64,000 nt of DNA from a virus: IMG/VR virus record IMGVR_UViG_3300023174_000067, positions 1 through 64,000 of that record. One strand, written 5' to 3'. The position numbers and the translations under genes are program-made. Below, piece after piece: positions 9,805-20,296 of the stretch (position 1 is its first letter; each line of letters starts with the position of its first letter). Below the pieces are notes generated by a model, which saw only the letters and a program-made list of their open reading frames with translations, was not told the DNA's origin and ran no database searches.

Positions 9805-12042
9805 TTATATAACAAAAGTTGGGTTAGTATAAACAACACTTCCTCCACTATATCTATAAGCTAAAATTGGTGGTCCACTATAAACACCATTTGTTATTGT
9901 ATATCCACTTATATCAAAATCAGATTGGTTTAATGGGTTAGTTAAAGTAATTGTATAAAAATATTTATAATTATCCCTATAAACACTTCCATACCAATTC
10001 GCAATAGAGCCGTTGAAATAATTTGAGCAGCATGATGCACTAAAACTAGGTATTAATGTTGCAGGACTACCTGAAAATGGATATGTATTAGTTTCAAAAT
10101 CTAAAGTCCTATATCCTCCGTATCTAGGTGTTGAAGTAGCATTTGTTATTCCAGATGTAATTCCTTGTATTAAATAAACTAAGTTTTGAAAATAAAATCC
10201 ACTATTTGGAAACGAATATATAAATGTTGTATTTCCTGTTGCATAAAGATTTACTGTGTAAACAGCTTCATTTGTTGATGCTGAACATCGTAAATCACAA
10301 GATGTAAATCCGCTACCAATTAAATCTGAAATTGTTACTGATGTAATTGATAAATAATAATTTCCTCCTGTTGTACCAGTTTCAATATATGAGGACGGAT
10401 GTAATACATACGTATCATACGAAGTTGGGTCAGCACAAAAATCTGGTGTAGATGAAGTTGGAAAATTAATAAAAATATTACCATAATATCCTAAATTAGT
10501 TGGATTTGAATTATATAAATAACCATTTAAAGTGTTATTTTTAACATAATTCCATTGGTTATAATAAGCACTAATCATTGCGGAGCTGCCCGTAATACTA
10601 TATATTCCTGTCCCTAAAGTTGATATACTTCTTTGAAAATATGTTGTTGTTGTGTCTGTACCACATAAATGATTTGTTGTGTATCTAGTATTGTAATTAC
10701 AGGTTGTTTGTGGAAAATAATTAGAATATGAATAATTATTAGGTCTTGTTATGTTCGAAGTATTTGGGGAAATTCCGTACCAATAAGCCGCGGTCGATAC
10801 TGAGGAATTAGGAAACCCATAATAACCAATCGGATTACTATAATAAGAATTAACATAAAATTTAACATAATCACTATTAGCAAAATCATAATAAGTACAA
10901 CCTGAGACATCAAATAAAATCATATTAACACCACAAGAACCTGTAATTCCAGTTATGCTACTACCTATTATTTTAAAATAATCATTATTGGTTAAACAAT
11001 CAGAACAACCATATGTTTCTTTACATGTAAAATAAAAATCCCAATTAGTATTTACTGTGCTAGGTGTAACTTCAATTATAATTTTATCACCATTTGATAT
11101 TGTTAATCCAGTTAATGTTGTTATTTTGTTATAGAAATACTGAGTTAAAGCACTTTTTGTTATTGACGAAGTACTAAAATTATTACTCGGAACTAAATTA
11201 CCTACCCAAATATCTTCTAAACCAATTAAAGTACTGTAGTTTTGACCACTAAGACTAAGTTTTAACCTATCTGGAGCATTTTCACCTTTAAACGCCCACA
11301 CAATAAATTTAGTAGATGCCGAAATTTGAAATGTAACTAAAACAGGTTGAGCCGTTAATTGAGAGGTCGTAGAAAATTGTATATGATGATTATAGGCCGA
11401 ATAAGGATAAGAAATATTTGTATTAGTTGTATTATCACATCGATATGCATCAACCGTTATAGGGGTTAAACAATCTAATAAACTTAGAATTTCTCCTGTT
11501 GCAGTTCCTCCTGTATTAGAAAAACTATACCCGCTAATTATCACATTTTCTAATACAGGGTAATATGTACCTTCTTGAGCAGGTATTGATGAAACACCAC
11601 TAAAAGGATGATTATATTGATGAGGAAATGTTGTCCCGCTTCCTGTCGAAAACGCTATTGTTGTTGTACTATTAGGACCGTACCAATTTATAAGATATTC
11701 AGTAATATTTGCCTGACAAGTACCTGTTAATATTCCCGAAGATATAGTACCAACCGTAGTTGCACTATAATTTTTTAAACCAAAATGACAAGTATCACAA
11801 GAAGCGGTAGACATTAAATTAATATCCACAAAACAATGTGAAACATTATCTATTAATCTTATGTTATTTGTACCATCGGGTGCAGTTAATACATAAGGAC
11901 ATTGATTACCTGTTATTGATGATAAAGGAACATTAGAATCAATTAACGTCCAACCTGTATTATAATCAGAATAGATATTAATTGTACTACTCAAAGTAGT
12001 ATTACCTGTATTTGTTAAACATAAACTAACCGTTTGTGACAT
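9805..12042 (-). CDS. S/T/Y/N-rich fibre or receptor-binding-like protein
   Basis: 745 aa, very few charged residues, paired Cys; N-terminus loosely resembles that of the 454-aa ORF. Confidence 0.65.
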   Translation of the reverse strand: MSQTVSLCLTNTGNTTLSSTINIYSDYNTGWTLIDSNVPLSSITGNQCPYVLTAPDGTNNIRLIDNVSHCFVDINLMSTASCDTCHFGLKNYSATTVGTISSGILTGTCQANITEYLINWYGPNSTTTIAFSTGSGTTFPHQYNHPFSGVSSIPAQEGTYYPVLENVIISGYSFSNTGGTATGEILSLLDCLTPITVDAYRCDNTTNTNISYPYSAYNHHIQFSTTSQLTAQPVLVTFQISASTKFIVWAFKGENAPDRLKLSLSGQNYSTLIGLEDIWVGNLVPSNNFSTSSITKSALTQYFYNKITTLTGLTISNGDKIIIEVTPSTVNTNWDFYFTCKETYGCSDCLTNNDYFKIIGSSITGITGSCGVNMILFDVSGCTYYDFANSDYVKFYVNSYYSNPIGYYGFPNSSVSTAAYWYGISPNTSNITRPNNYSYSNYFPQTTCNYNTRYTTNHLCGTDTTTTYFQRSISTLGTGIYSITGSSAMISAYYNQWNYVKNNTLNGYLYNSNPTNLGYYGNIFINFPTSSTPDFCADPTSYDTYVLHPSSYIETGTTGGNYYLSITSVTISDLIGSGFTSCDLRCSASTNEAVYTVNLYATGNTTFIYSFPNSGFYFQNLVYLIQGITSGITNATSTPRYGGYRTLDFETNTYPFSGSPATLIPSFSASCCSNYFNGSIANWYGSVYRDNYKYFYTITLTNPLNQSDFDISGYTITNGVYSGPPILAYRYSGGSVVYTNPTFVI

Positions 12043-12058
12043 ATAATATTATTATTTA

Positions 12059-14629
12059 TTAAGGATAAATACCTCCATCGACTATTGTCCAACTATAAGT
12101 ACCTCCTGTTAATGTGTTTTTCGCAGTTTGAGCGGTAGCTCCACTATATTTTATTGCTCCAAAGTTGGCCGTAACACCCGTCTTAAGAGCCTTTGTAGAC
12201 CAAGATATAAGTAAATTATTATAATTATCAATACTATAATTTGAACTGGTTTTTCCTGTCATAAAGTTAACAAGGGTTGTTGCACTTATTGGGTTCCAAT
12301 TACTAATATCTTGATTAAATGCCGCAGCTTGATTAAACATATCACTCATACCAACCACTTTAGATACATTCCAATTACCAATAGGTTGATTAAATGAGAC
12401 TGCCGCTTGGAACATACCTGACATGTCAGTAACTCCACTTGTTGTCCATCCACTTATTGTGGTACTACCGCTATTATTAAACTGAGTTGCCGCATAAAAC
12501 ATACCATTCATATCTGTCGCCGCAGACGTATTCCAAGAACCGATATTTTGATTAAACTGATTTGCACTTTTAAATGTACCATTAAATGTTACAACTTTTG
12601 AAACATTCCAATTACCAATTGGTTGATTAAACGCACCAGCACTACTAAACATTTGTTGCATATATAACGCATTACTCATAGTCCACGCACTAATCGAGGG
12701 ATTACCTCCATTATTAAAGCTACTAGCCCCTTCAAACATACCTCTAAATTGAGAGACTCCTGATACAACCCAATTTCCTATGTTTTGATTAAACGGTGTT
12801 CCACAGAACATTCTAGCAAAACCCCCACTATAATAACTCGTATTATTGTTAACTTTTCTTGTATCCCAAGAACCTATAGGTTGATTAAATGGCGATGAAT
12901 AAAACATATGTCCCATAACAGTAACCGCAGATGTTGTCCATCCACTTATTGACGGACTTCCTCCATTATTAAATGCCGATTGGGCAAACATATAAGCAGT
13001 ACCAGTGACTTTTCTAATATCCCAAGCACCTATATTTTGATTAAATGAACTTCCCAAATAAAACATATAATTTGTACTAACACAAGCCGACATTGTCCAA
13101 GCTGAGATTGAACTACTACCTCCATTATTAAATGCATACGCCGAATTAAACATATTATCGGCATATTGTAATTTTGAAACATCCCAATTACCAATATTTT
13201 TATTAAAAGAACTTGCATTAATGAACATACTTTGAGCATTCGTTACATTTGACATCGTCCAACCGCTTAAATTATCATTAAAATTTGTTGCCGATGCAAA
13301 TGTAGACGCCATATTCGTAACTCCTGATGTATTCCACAAATTAACATTATTAATTGTTGTCAATGATGTACATGCCGAAAACGTACCTCCTAAAACAATT
13401 GTACCAGTTAAATCAAGAACATCAGTAGTTCCTGTCAATTTTAAATTACTACAACCAGCAAAATAATATCCCTGATTTGTACCAAGCCTAATTGGACCCC
13501 ATTTATCTACATGAAGTATTTTTAATTTATCTCCCGAACCATTATATTGCCAACCTGTTAAATTACCTGGTCTAGCATATATCTTAACCGTATAATCTCC
13601 CGAACTTGAATATGTATGAGTTGTTGTCGCCGCGCTCCAAACATTAATAGGGTCTATATTACCATCACCCCAATCTACAATACAGTTATAACTACCTGTA
13701 CTAATAAATGGTAGTTTTAATTGATTTGTACTTGTACTTGTAGTACCAGTATTTGTTGTCCTAAATAAAGCTTGGAAGAATGGTAATACTTCTGTTGGGG
13801 TTGGTGTTTGGGTTGGGGTATTTGATAAAGTTGGTGTTTGAGTTGGAGTATTTGATGGCGTATTTGTAGGACTTAAAGTTGGTGTTTGAGTTGGAGTATT
13901 TGTTGGAGTAGGTGTTGGTGGATTAACATAACTAAATCCATATCCTGACATTGCACAGTCACGAATAGATGTAACAGTTGGTGTTAAAGTTGGTGTTGCC
14001 GTTAATGTTGTTGTTTGAGTTGGTGTGTTAGTTGGTGGAACACTTTGAGTTAATGTAGGAGTTAGTGTAGGAGTATTTGAAGGAGTATTAGTTTGAGTTA
14101 AAGTTGGAGTATTTGTCGGTGTTAATGTCGGTGTTAATGTTGGTGTTAATGTTGGTGTATTTGTTGGCGTTAAGGTAGGTGTCGCAGTTAATGTTGGGGT
14201 TGGAGTAGGAGTTGATTCATAACAACATTCAATTAGAGTTGAATTACCATTACCAGATAGTTTTATGACACCATAATAATTTTTAACACATCTATATGTT
14301 GTAGTTGATGCACTAATATTTTCTGTTGTTGCCGTAGTATCACTACATTGAATATATTTGAAAGTTGAACCTGACAATCCTCCATACAAACTAAATTGTA
14401 AACAAGCATTATCTAAGAAGTGAATTGATTCACAATTATTACTGTCAATCATTTTAACCATTACAGTTTGAGCGAATTCAAAAATACTTGGAATTGTAAA
14501 TCCTGTTATTGGAGGAACGTTACTTGTCACAATTCCAGCAAATTGACAATTAGTATTTGAAATATCACAAACATAAACATTGTATGGTGGTGTACCCGAT
14601 ATACTTAATATTTCAAGAAATGATGACAT
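12059..14629 (-). CDS. Modular adhesin: shared N-terminal module, Thr/Pro linker, PKD-like cap, DUF285/BspA-type repeats
   Basis: 856 aa; VDWGDG...[11 protein letters not shown]; about 14 FNQxIGxWxVSxVxxMxxMF-type repeats; YNNLLISWS...WTIVDGG C-terminal cap. Confidence 0.85.
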   Translation of the reverse strand: MSSFLEILSISGTPPYNVYVCDISNTNCQFAGIVTSNVPPITGFTIPSIFEFAQTVMVKMIDSNNCESIHFLDNACLQFSLYGGLSGSTFKYIQCSDTTATTENISASTTTYRCVKNYYGVIKLSGNGNSTLIECCYESTPTPTPTLTATPTLTPTNTPTLTPTLTPTLTPTNTPTLTQTNTPSNTPTLTPTLTQSVPPTNTPTQTTTLTATPTLTPTVTSIRDCAMSGYGFSYVNPPTPTPTNTPTQTPTLSPTNTPSNTPTQTPTLSNTPTQTPTPTEVLPFFQALFRTTNTGTTSTSTNQLKLPFISTGSYNCIVDWGDGNIDPINVWSAATTTHTYSSSGDYTVKIYARPGNLTGWQYNGSGDKLKILHVDKWGPIRLGTNQGYYFAGCSNLKLTGTTDVLDLTGTIVLGGTFSACTSLTTINNVNLWNTSGVTNMASTFASATNFNDNLSGWTMSNVTNAQSMFINASSFNKNIGNWDVSKLQYADNMFNSAYAFNNGGSSSISAWTMSACVSTNYMFYLGSSFNQNIGAWDIRKVTGTAYMFAQSAFNNGGSPSISGWTTSAVTVMGHMFYSSPFNQPIGSWDTRKVNNNTSYYSGGFARMFCGTPFNQNIGNWVVSGVSQFRGMFEGASSFNNGGNPSISAWTMSNALYMQQMFSSAGAFNQPIGNWNVSKVVTFNGTFKSANQFNQNIGSWNTSAATDMNGMFYAATQFNNSGSTTISGWTTSGVTDMSGMFQAAVSFNQPIGNWNVSKVVGMSDMFNQAAAFNQDISNWNPISATTLVNFMTGKTSSNYSIDNYNNLLISWSTKALKTGVTANFGAIKYSGATAQTAKNTLTGGTYSWTIVDGGIYP
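13790..14215 (-). repeat. Thr/Pro-rich coding repeat, interrupted once by [14 protein letters not shown]
   Basis: TPTLT/TPTNT units in the translation. Confidence 0.9.
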
Positions 14630-14669
14630 ATATTTTTATATTCTCTTTATTTAATAATTATAAAACAAT

Positions 14670-17600
14670 TTATGATTTTGTCACCTGAAAGTTCGCTAAA
14701 CACGCTCTATCAGTACCTGTTGTTGAAACTTGAACTATTATATAAAATGTTGATGGTATTGTGACATTACCGATAGCACTATTTGCCGCATTTTGACTAT
14801 TTGCACTAGAACCCGCAAAGTTTCTACTATAAAAAGAACCTGATAACGTCCAATAATTTCTATTCATAGGAATATAGATATTTGGAGTCGCAGCATTATA
14901 ATTTGCTATCTGAGTTGCTCCAGTTATACTTGCTGATGTATTAATATAATATGTTATTCCAATTATATTCGTACTACTCGCAGTAGTTGTAACAACAGTA
15001 TCTATTTTTAATAAGTCACCATCCGAAAAATTACTTGAGGATATCGCTGAAGAAAAAAATGTACTAGCACCTGAATTAGTCTGAAGAGTATTTGAACTAC
15101 TTTTATAAAGAGAGCCAGTCGCTAAACTTGCAAGTGGAAATGTATGAAGTACTCCTGTACCATCTACAGTTAGTACCGTTGAGTCTACTGCAGATTGTAA
15201 TCCAACAAATTTAACAGGGTCTGTCGCAGCGGTCACTGTTAATTTATTTGTTGGTGATGTTGTTCCCAAACCAACCAATCCATCATTTTTAATATAAATA
15301 CCTTCCAAAAATACTGAACCATTCTTGACTTGGAATGTCATATCACCCGCATAATTACCAACTCCACCTGATGTGGATATAAGTCTACTACCTATTCTTG
15401 CAACACCTGTAGCATTAGTCCCAATACCATGTTGGAAAGATAATAAAGAGTATGTGTTAAGTGTTGTACTTTGATTATTAACACCAATAATTGCATTATA
15501 GGTATTAATGTCAGTAATATTTGTATTTTGGGTTGCCCTAATTACGTTTGTATTACCAGTATTAACAACCTCTAATTTATATGTTGGATTACTAGTTCCA
15601 ATACCCACCTGATTTCCACCATCCATTACTAATAAATTTGGTTGTGTTGATGAACTAAACTTTAATGAATTAGTACCTATATTAACAACTCTATTACCCG
15701 ATAATATACCATCACTATTATATATGGTTGTGGCACTTGTTGATAATCCTGATGTTGCAATTTTATGTAAGACACCATTACCATCAATAGTTAATAAGTC
15801 AGTATCCGTTGACGCAGATATACCAATAAATTTAACAGGGTCAGTAGTTGCACTTACGGTTAATTTATCTTGAATTCTTGTTGTACCGCTCACATCTAAT
15901 TTATAAGATGCGTCCACAGGATTAGTCCCAATTGAAACATTTCCATTATTAAATACCCTTACCTTTGTATTTCCACTTCCAGGAGATACTGTATTAATAT
16001 CAACATTAGAACCTCTACTACTAAGTTCTAAAGAACTACCTGAATAAATTGTTTCTATAATAAATCTATTTATACCTAGCGTATTTGTTGTACCGTTAGC
16101 AGCAATTTGACCAACATAATTACTACCTCCTAAATCATTTAAAAATCTTATTGCAACTCCAGAAGTATTACCAGAATTAGAATTTTCTAATAAAAGATTT
16201 GAATATCCATTATTACTACCCGATAAAGTCAATGTTGGATTATTTGAACTATATGTAATTCTACTATTACCACCTACATCTAATTTATAAGAAGACACTG
16301 TAGTTCCAATACCAACATTACCACCACTCAACATTAATGTATTTGGTTGAGTTGCCGAACTAAAATAAAGAGTACGAGTACTTAAATTAACACTTCTATT
16401 TGCTTGTAAGGTTCCACTAGAGTTATATATATTAGTTGTTGTTAATCCTGTAGTTAATCCAGATATTGGAGATGTATGAACAACACCTGTTCCATCAACA
16501 GTTAATATATTAGTATCGCTTGCTGATTGTAACCCAATAAATTTAACGGGGTCAGTTGATGCCGATACTGTTAATTTATTTGACGGTGATGATGTCCCAA
16601 TACCAACATTACCTAAAGTATCAAGTATAAAATTAGTATTTCCTGACGCTCCTCTTATCACATAATTCCATCCTGCATTATCTAAATAAGTAAATCCAAC
16701 ATTTGGAGATGTAACATATGTTTGTAATGTACCTCCAGTTAATGACCAACCAGGATTAAATGTCACAGATTGATTCGCCGTAACGTTATTACTCGATATT
16801 TGTAATACTTTATTAGTATTATCACCAAAATTAAATAACCATGCACTACCTAATCCAAAATTGTTTGTAAAATAATATTCATAACCACCACCTGAATGTG
16901 GTATATTATAAAGCTCATATCCACTACCCATTCTAAAACTAGCATTACCAGTATTTGTATAATATGTTTGTTGGTATCCTCCACCATTTACATCTAACTT
17001 ATATGATGGACTTAATATTCCTATACCAACATTTCCGCCACTCATAACAAGTGTATTAGGATTTGTTGTAGAACTAAAATTAAGAGTATATGAACTTAAG
17101 TTAACAACTCTATTACTTAATAAAGTACCGTCACTTGTATATATTGTCGCCGCGGTAGTTGTTATTGCCGAAGTAGCAATTTTATGTACAACTCCTGTAC
17201 CATCCATAGTTAATAAATCAGTGTCGGTTGAAGATTGTACCCCTACAAATCTTACAGGGTCTGTCGATGCGGATATGTGTAATGAATTTGTAATAGCTGT
17301 CGTACCAACACCTAATTTCCCACCAAAATAATTATTATCTTGACTACCTTGCTGATAAATTCCCCATCCATTAGTTATACCCGTAAACGCACTTTTCATT
17401 GGTGCGATATATAATCCCATAATATTGGTAACATTTAGATAAGCATTAGCATTATAATATCTAATACCTCCCGCAGTATAAAACATAAATCGTTCCATTG
17501 TAGAACCTGATTTACCATACGCATCTAAATACCCACCATATAATCCGTACCAACCATTAAAAGTTTTAAGTACATTTGTTGTAACTGTTGTAACATCAGG

Positions 17601-20267
17601 CCATGTATCAAATTTACCAAAAATTGAGTAGTTTGAATGAGCTAAATCGTTTCCACTATTATATGTTATACTTCCATTGGTAGTTGTTGCTCCAAATCCT
17701 ACTGAACCATATAAACCAGTATGTACACTATCCCAAGCATATTGTGTTAAACCACTAACACCCGCAGGTGCAATATCATAAGTTCTACCTGTTAATAATT
17801 CAGTATGTCTTTCAGCCCTAAATGTTTGAAATTCACTTGTTATTGCACTTGTTGTTCCCGAATCACCCTTAAACCAATTATAAAATTGAACCATTGGTTT
17901 ATAAGCTAAATAAGAACTTGGTGTTGTATTTTTTATTTCAAATAAAGTTGAGTTAGTATTTGCAGTCCTTACTATTCCATCAGTTAATGATGTTGTTGTT
18001 GCCGTTAATGTACCACCTAAAACAACATTATTATTTGTACGTGTTAATCCATTTGTAAATGTTAAAGTACTTCCGCTAACACCTGATAACGGATAAGTAT
18101 GTAAAACACCTGAACTATCAACACTAACTAAATTTGTGTCCAATGTATTTGCAGTTAACCCTACAAATCTAACAGGGTCAGTTGATGCCGAAACAGTTAG
18201 ATTACGATATATTGTAACTCCTGAAGTTTCAAACGTCACCAAATTACTTCTATTATTATTTGAAGTACCATTACCTATAACATACAATGTTGACGCTGAA
18301 TTTGTTGTACCTGTTAGATTAAACCATCCAGACACTTTCATATAATCATATTCCGCAATTGTTCCTCTACCTTCAGCATGTGAATACATACCATACGTAA
18401 ACGCACTTAATCCTTCAGCGTGTGAGTATTGTCCTATTGACCTTGTACTTCTACCTTCCGAATGTGACGCAGTTCCATTTGAATTAGTGAAAGCACCTTC
18501 AGCGTGAGAATACTGACCATTAGATGTTGTTCCACTACCTTCAGCATGAGACGCAAAACCAATTGATTTAGTACTATATCCCTCAACATGAGAACCAGAA
18601 CCTTCCGAAACATTTCCCGTACCAAGGTACTTATAATATGTTGTTTCTAATTTAGGAAAAAATGTAAATGTTGATTCATCCGCTAAAGAATCATATGTTA
18701 TTGATTGTATTGTAGGTGCGGTATAATAATATAAATTAAGAGCAATTGAATCATTATTAGGACCTCCTTTTATAGTAAAATTAGGTACTTGGTAAGGTTG
18801 TGTTAAAAAACTATAATCTCCGTTAACAACTATAGTATTTACATCACTAAAAACAACAAGACTAGAAAAACTATACGGATATATTGTATCGGTATATTTA
18901 AAAAGACCTATAGATTCAGTGAAAACATACTCTAAACCATCACTATAAAATCCAATACCTTCTGAATGTGAATAACCACCAATCGATACAGTTCTATATC
19001 CTTCAGCATGTGATGATACCCCTTTCGATATTGTCTCATACCCTTCAGCGTGTGATGAAGTACCACTCGATATAGTATCACTACCTTCAGAATGCGACGC
19101 ACTTCCTATTGATTTCGTTAATATTCCTTCGGAATGAGATGAACCCCCTAAAGAAATTGATAATGTACCTTCAGAATGTGAATAAGTACCTACAGCCGTT
19201 GATTGAACTCCTTCTGAATGAGAATAATCACCTATAGATTGGGAATGTCTACCTTCTGAATGTGATTCATGACCACCGATAATTTTATCGGCACCTAAAG
19301 AATATTGTAGATTTGTACCAATATTTGCCTCAGTAGTTGTTACAGTAGTATCAATTAAATTTATTACTGTATTAATACCATTAAAAATAACAGATTCTAT
19401 TTTAAACCCATCAATACCATACGTATTATCATAATCGCTATCATCTAAAATTGCGTAAGTATAAATTTCATTTGTTACATCTCCGTAAGAAGAATCTAAT
19501 ATAATAATACCATTATTAATATTTGTTGAGTGATACCCATATATACCTGTAGTTGTTTCACTACCCTCAGCATGAGAATAAGGACCTAAAGCAACGCTAT
19601 AATTTCCCTGTTCTAATTTTTCTAAAATAGTAAAAGTACTACCAGTCCCTCCACTAAAAGTTAATGTTGTACCTGTTTGAGTTACTATCCTATCCCCCTG
19701 TATTGTATCGTCACCTGTATATAATGTTGGAGTTGTTCCTCCTGTAATTAATAATCTCCATCTCGCATTCGCTCTTGTAACACCACTAATACCTTCAACT
19801 GTTGACGCCGTCCAAGCATTTATGAAATTTTGACCCGCAACTGTAGTGTTTTTTACTTGAGTATCATACAAATTATAAACTACAGTATTAGTTGCAGCGG
19901 TAGCTGCATTCCATAAACTCTCATAATTATCTATTTGAAATTGATATGCTTTATTTGTTTCTTGAACATACGCAACCATACCTAATCTTCTTCTACCCGA
20001 AGAAAAATTATCAGAATTTAAAGAAATATATGTAGGATTAAATGGCGTTCCATTACCAACATAAAAATTAATAGGTATCGTATTACCCGTTGATTGTTGT
20101 AATCCAACACCCGAAAAACTTAAAGATAAATCACTTATATTTGCAACCTCAACCCATCCACCAATACCTAAAATACTATAATTAGTACCTTGAACTGACG
20201 TTCTAGGTACACTATAAGGTGAAGATAATAATTGAGCATTTAATGGATTTTTATATGGAAACGACAT
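14670..20267 (-). CDS. Long trimeric-type tail fibre with YadA/Hep_Hag-like SHAEG repeats and GNVGIGT repeats
   Basis: 1865 aa; N-terminal RRRLGMVAYV; 14-aa SH(A/S)EG repeats; several NVGIGT; five SASTDPVxFxG repeats. Confidence 0.85.
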   Translation of the reverse strand: MSFPYKNPLNAQLLSSPYSVPRTSVQGTNYSILGIGGWVEVANISDLSLSFSGVGLQQSTGNTIPINFYVGNGTPFNPTYISLNSDNFSSGRRRLGMVAYVQETNKAYQFQIDNYESLWNAATAATNTVVYNLYDTQVKNTTVAGQNFINAWTASTVEGISGVTRANARWRLLITGGTTPTLYTGDDTIQGDRIVTQTGTTLTFSGGTGSTFTILEKLEQGNYSVALGPYSHAEGSETTTGIYGYHSTNINNGIIILDSSYGDVTNEIYTYAILDDSDYDNTYGIDGFKIESVIFNGINTVINLIDTTVTTTEANIGTNLQYSLGADKIIGGHESHSEGRHSQSIGDYSHSEGVQSTAVGTYSHSEGTLSISLGGSSHSEGILTKSIGSASHSEGSDTISSGTSSHAEGYETISKGVSSHAEGYRTVSIGGYSHSEGIGFYSDGLEYVFTESIGLFKYTDTIYPYSFSSLVVFSDVNTIVVNGDYSFLTQPYQVPNFTIKGGPNNDSIALNLYYYTAPTIQSITYDSLADESTFTFFPKLETTYYKYLGTGNVSEGSGSHVEGYSTKSIGFASHAEGSGTTSNGQYSHAEGAFTNSNGTASHSEGRSTRSIGQYSHAEGLSAFTYGMYSHAEGRGTIAEYDYMKVSGWFNLTGTTNSASTLYVIGNGTSNNNRSNLVTFETSGVTIYRNLTVSASTDPVRFVGLTANTLDTNLVSVDSSGVLHTYPLSGVSGSTLTFTNGLTRTNNNVVLGGTLTATTTSLTDGIVRTANTNSTLFEIKNTTPSSYLAYKPMVQFYNWFKGDSGTTSAITSEFQTFRAERHTELLTGRTYDIAPAGVSGLTQYAWDSVHTGLYGSVGFGATTTNGSITYNSGNDLAHSNYSIFGKFDTWPDVTTVTTNVLKTFNGWYGLYGGYLDAYGKSGSTMERFMFYTAGGIRYYNANAYLNVTNIMGLYIAPMKSAFTGITNGWGIYQQGSQDNNYFGGKLGVGTTAITNSLHISASTDPVRFVGVQSSTDTDLLTMDGTGVVHKIATSAITTTAATIYTSDGTLLSNRVVNLSSYTLNFSSTTNPNTLVMSGGNVGIGILSPSYKLDVNGGGYQQTYYTNTGNASFRMGSGYELYNIPHSGGGYEYYFTNNFGLGSAWLFNFGDNTNKVLQISSNNVTANQSVTFNPGWSLTGGTLQTYVTSPNVGFTYLDNAGWNYVIRGASGNTNFILDTLGNVGIGTSSPSNKLTVSASTDPVKFIGLQSASDTNILTVDGTGVVHTSPISGLTTGLTTTNIYNSSGTLQANRSVNLSTRTLYFSSATQPNTLMLSGGNVGIGTTVSSYKLDVGGNSRITYSSNNPTLTLSGSNNGYSNLLLENSNSGNTSGVAIRFLNDLGGSNYVGQIAANGTTNTLGINRFIIETIYSGSSLELSSRGSNVDINTVSPGSGNTKVRVFNNGNVSIGTNPVDASYKLDVSGTTRIQDKLTVSATTDPVKFIGISASTDTDLLTIDGNGVLHKIATSGLSTSATTIYNSDGILSGNRVVNIGTNSLKFSSSTQPNLLVMDGGNQVGIGTSNPTYKLEVVNTGNTNVIRATQNTNITDINTYNAIIGVNNQSTTLNTYSLLSFQHGIGTNATGVARIGSRLISTSGGVGNYAGDMTFQVKNGSVFLEGIYIKNDGLVGLGTTSPTNKLTVTAATDPVKFVGLQSAVDSTVLTVDGTGVLHTFPLASLATGSLYKSSSNTLQTNSGASTFFSSAISSSNFSDGDLLKIDTVVTTTASSTNIIGITYYINTSASITGATQIANYNAATPNIYIPMNRNYWTLSGSFYSRNFAGSSANSQNAANSAIGNVTIPSTFYIIVQVSTTGTDRACLANFQVTKS

Positions 20268-20296
20268 TAATATGTTTTACTATAATTATTCAAGTT

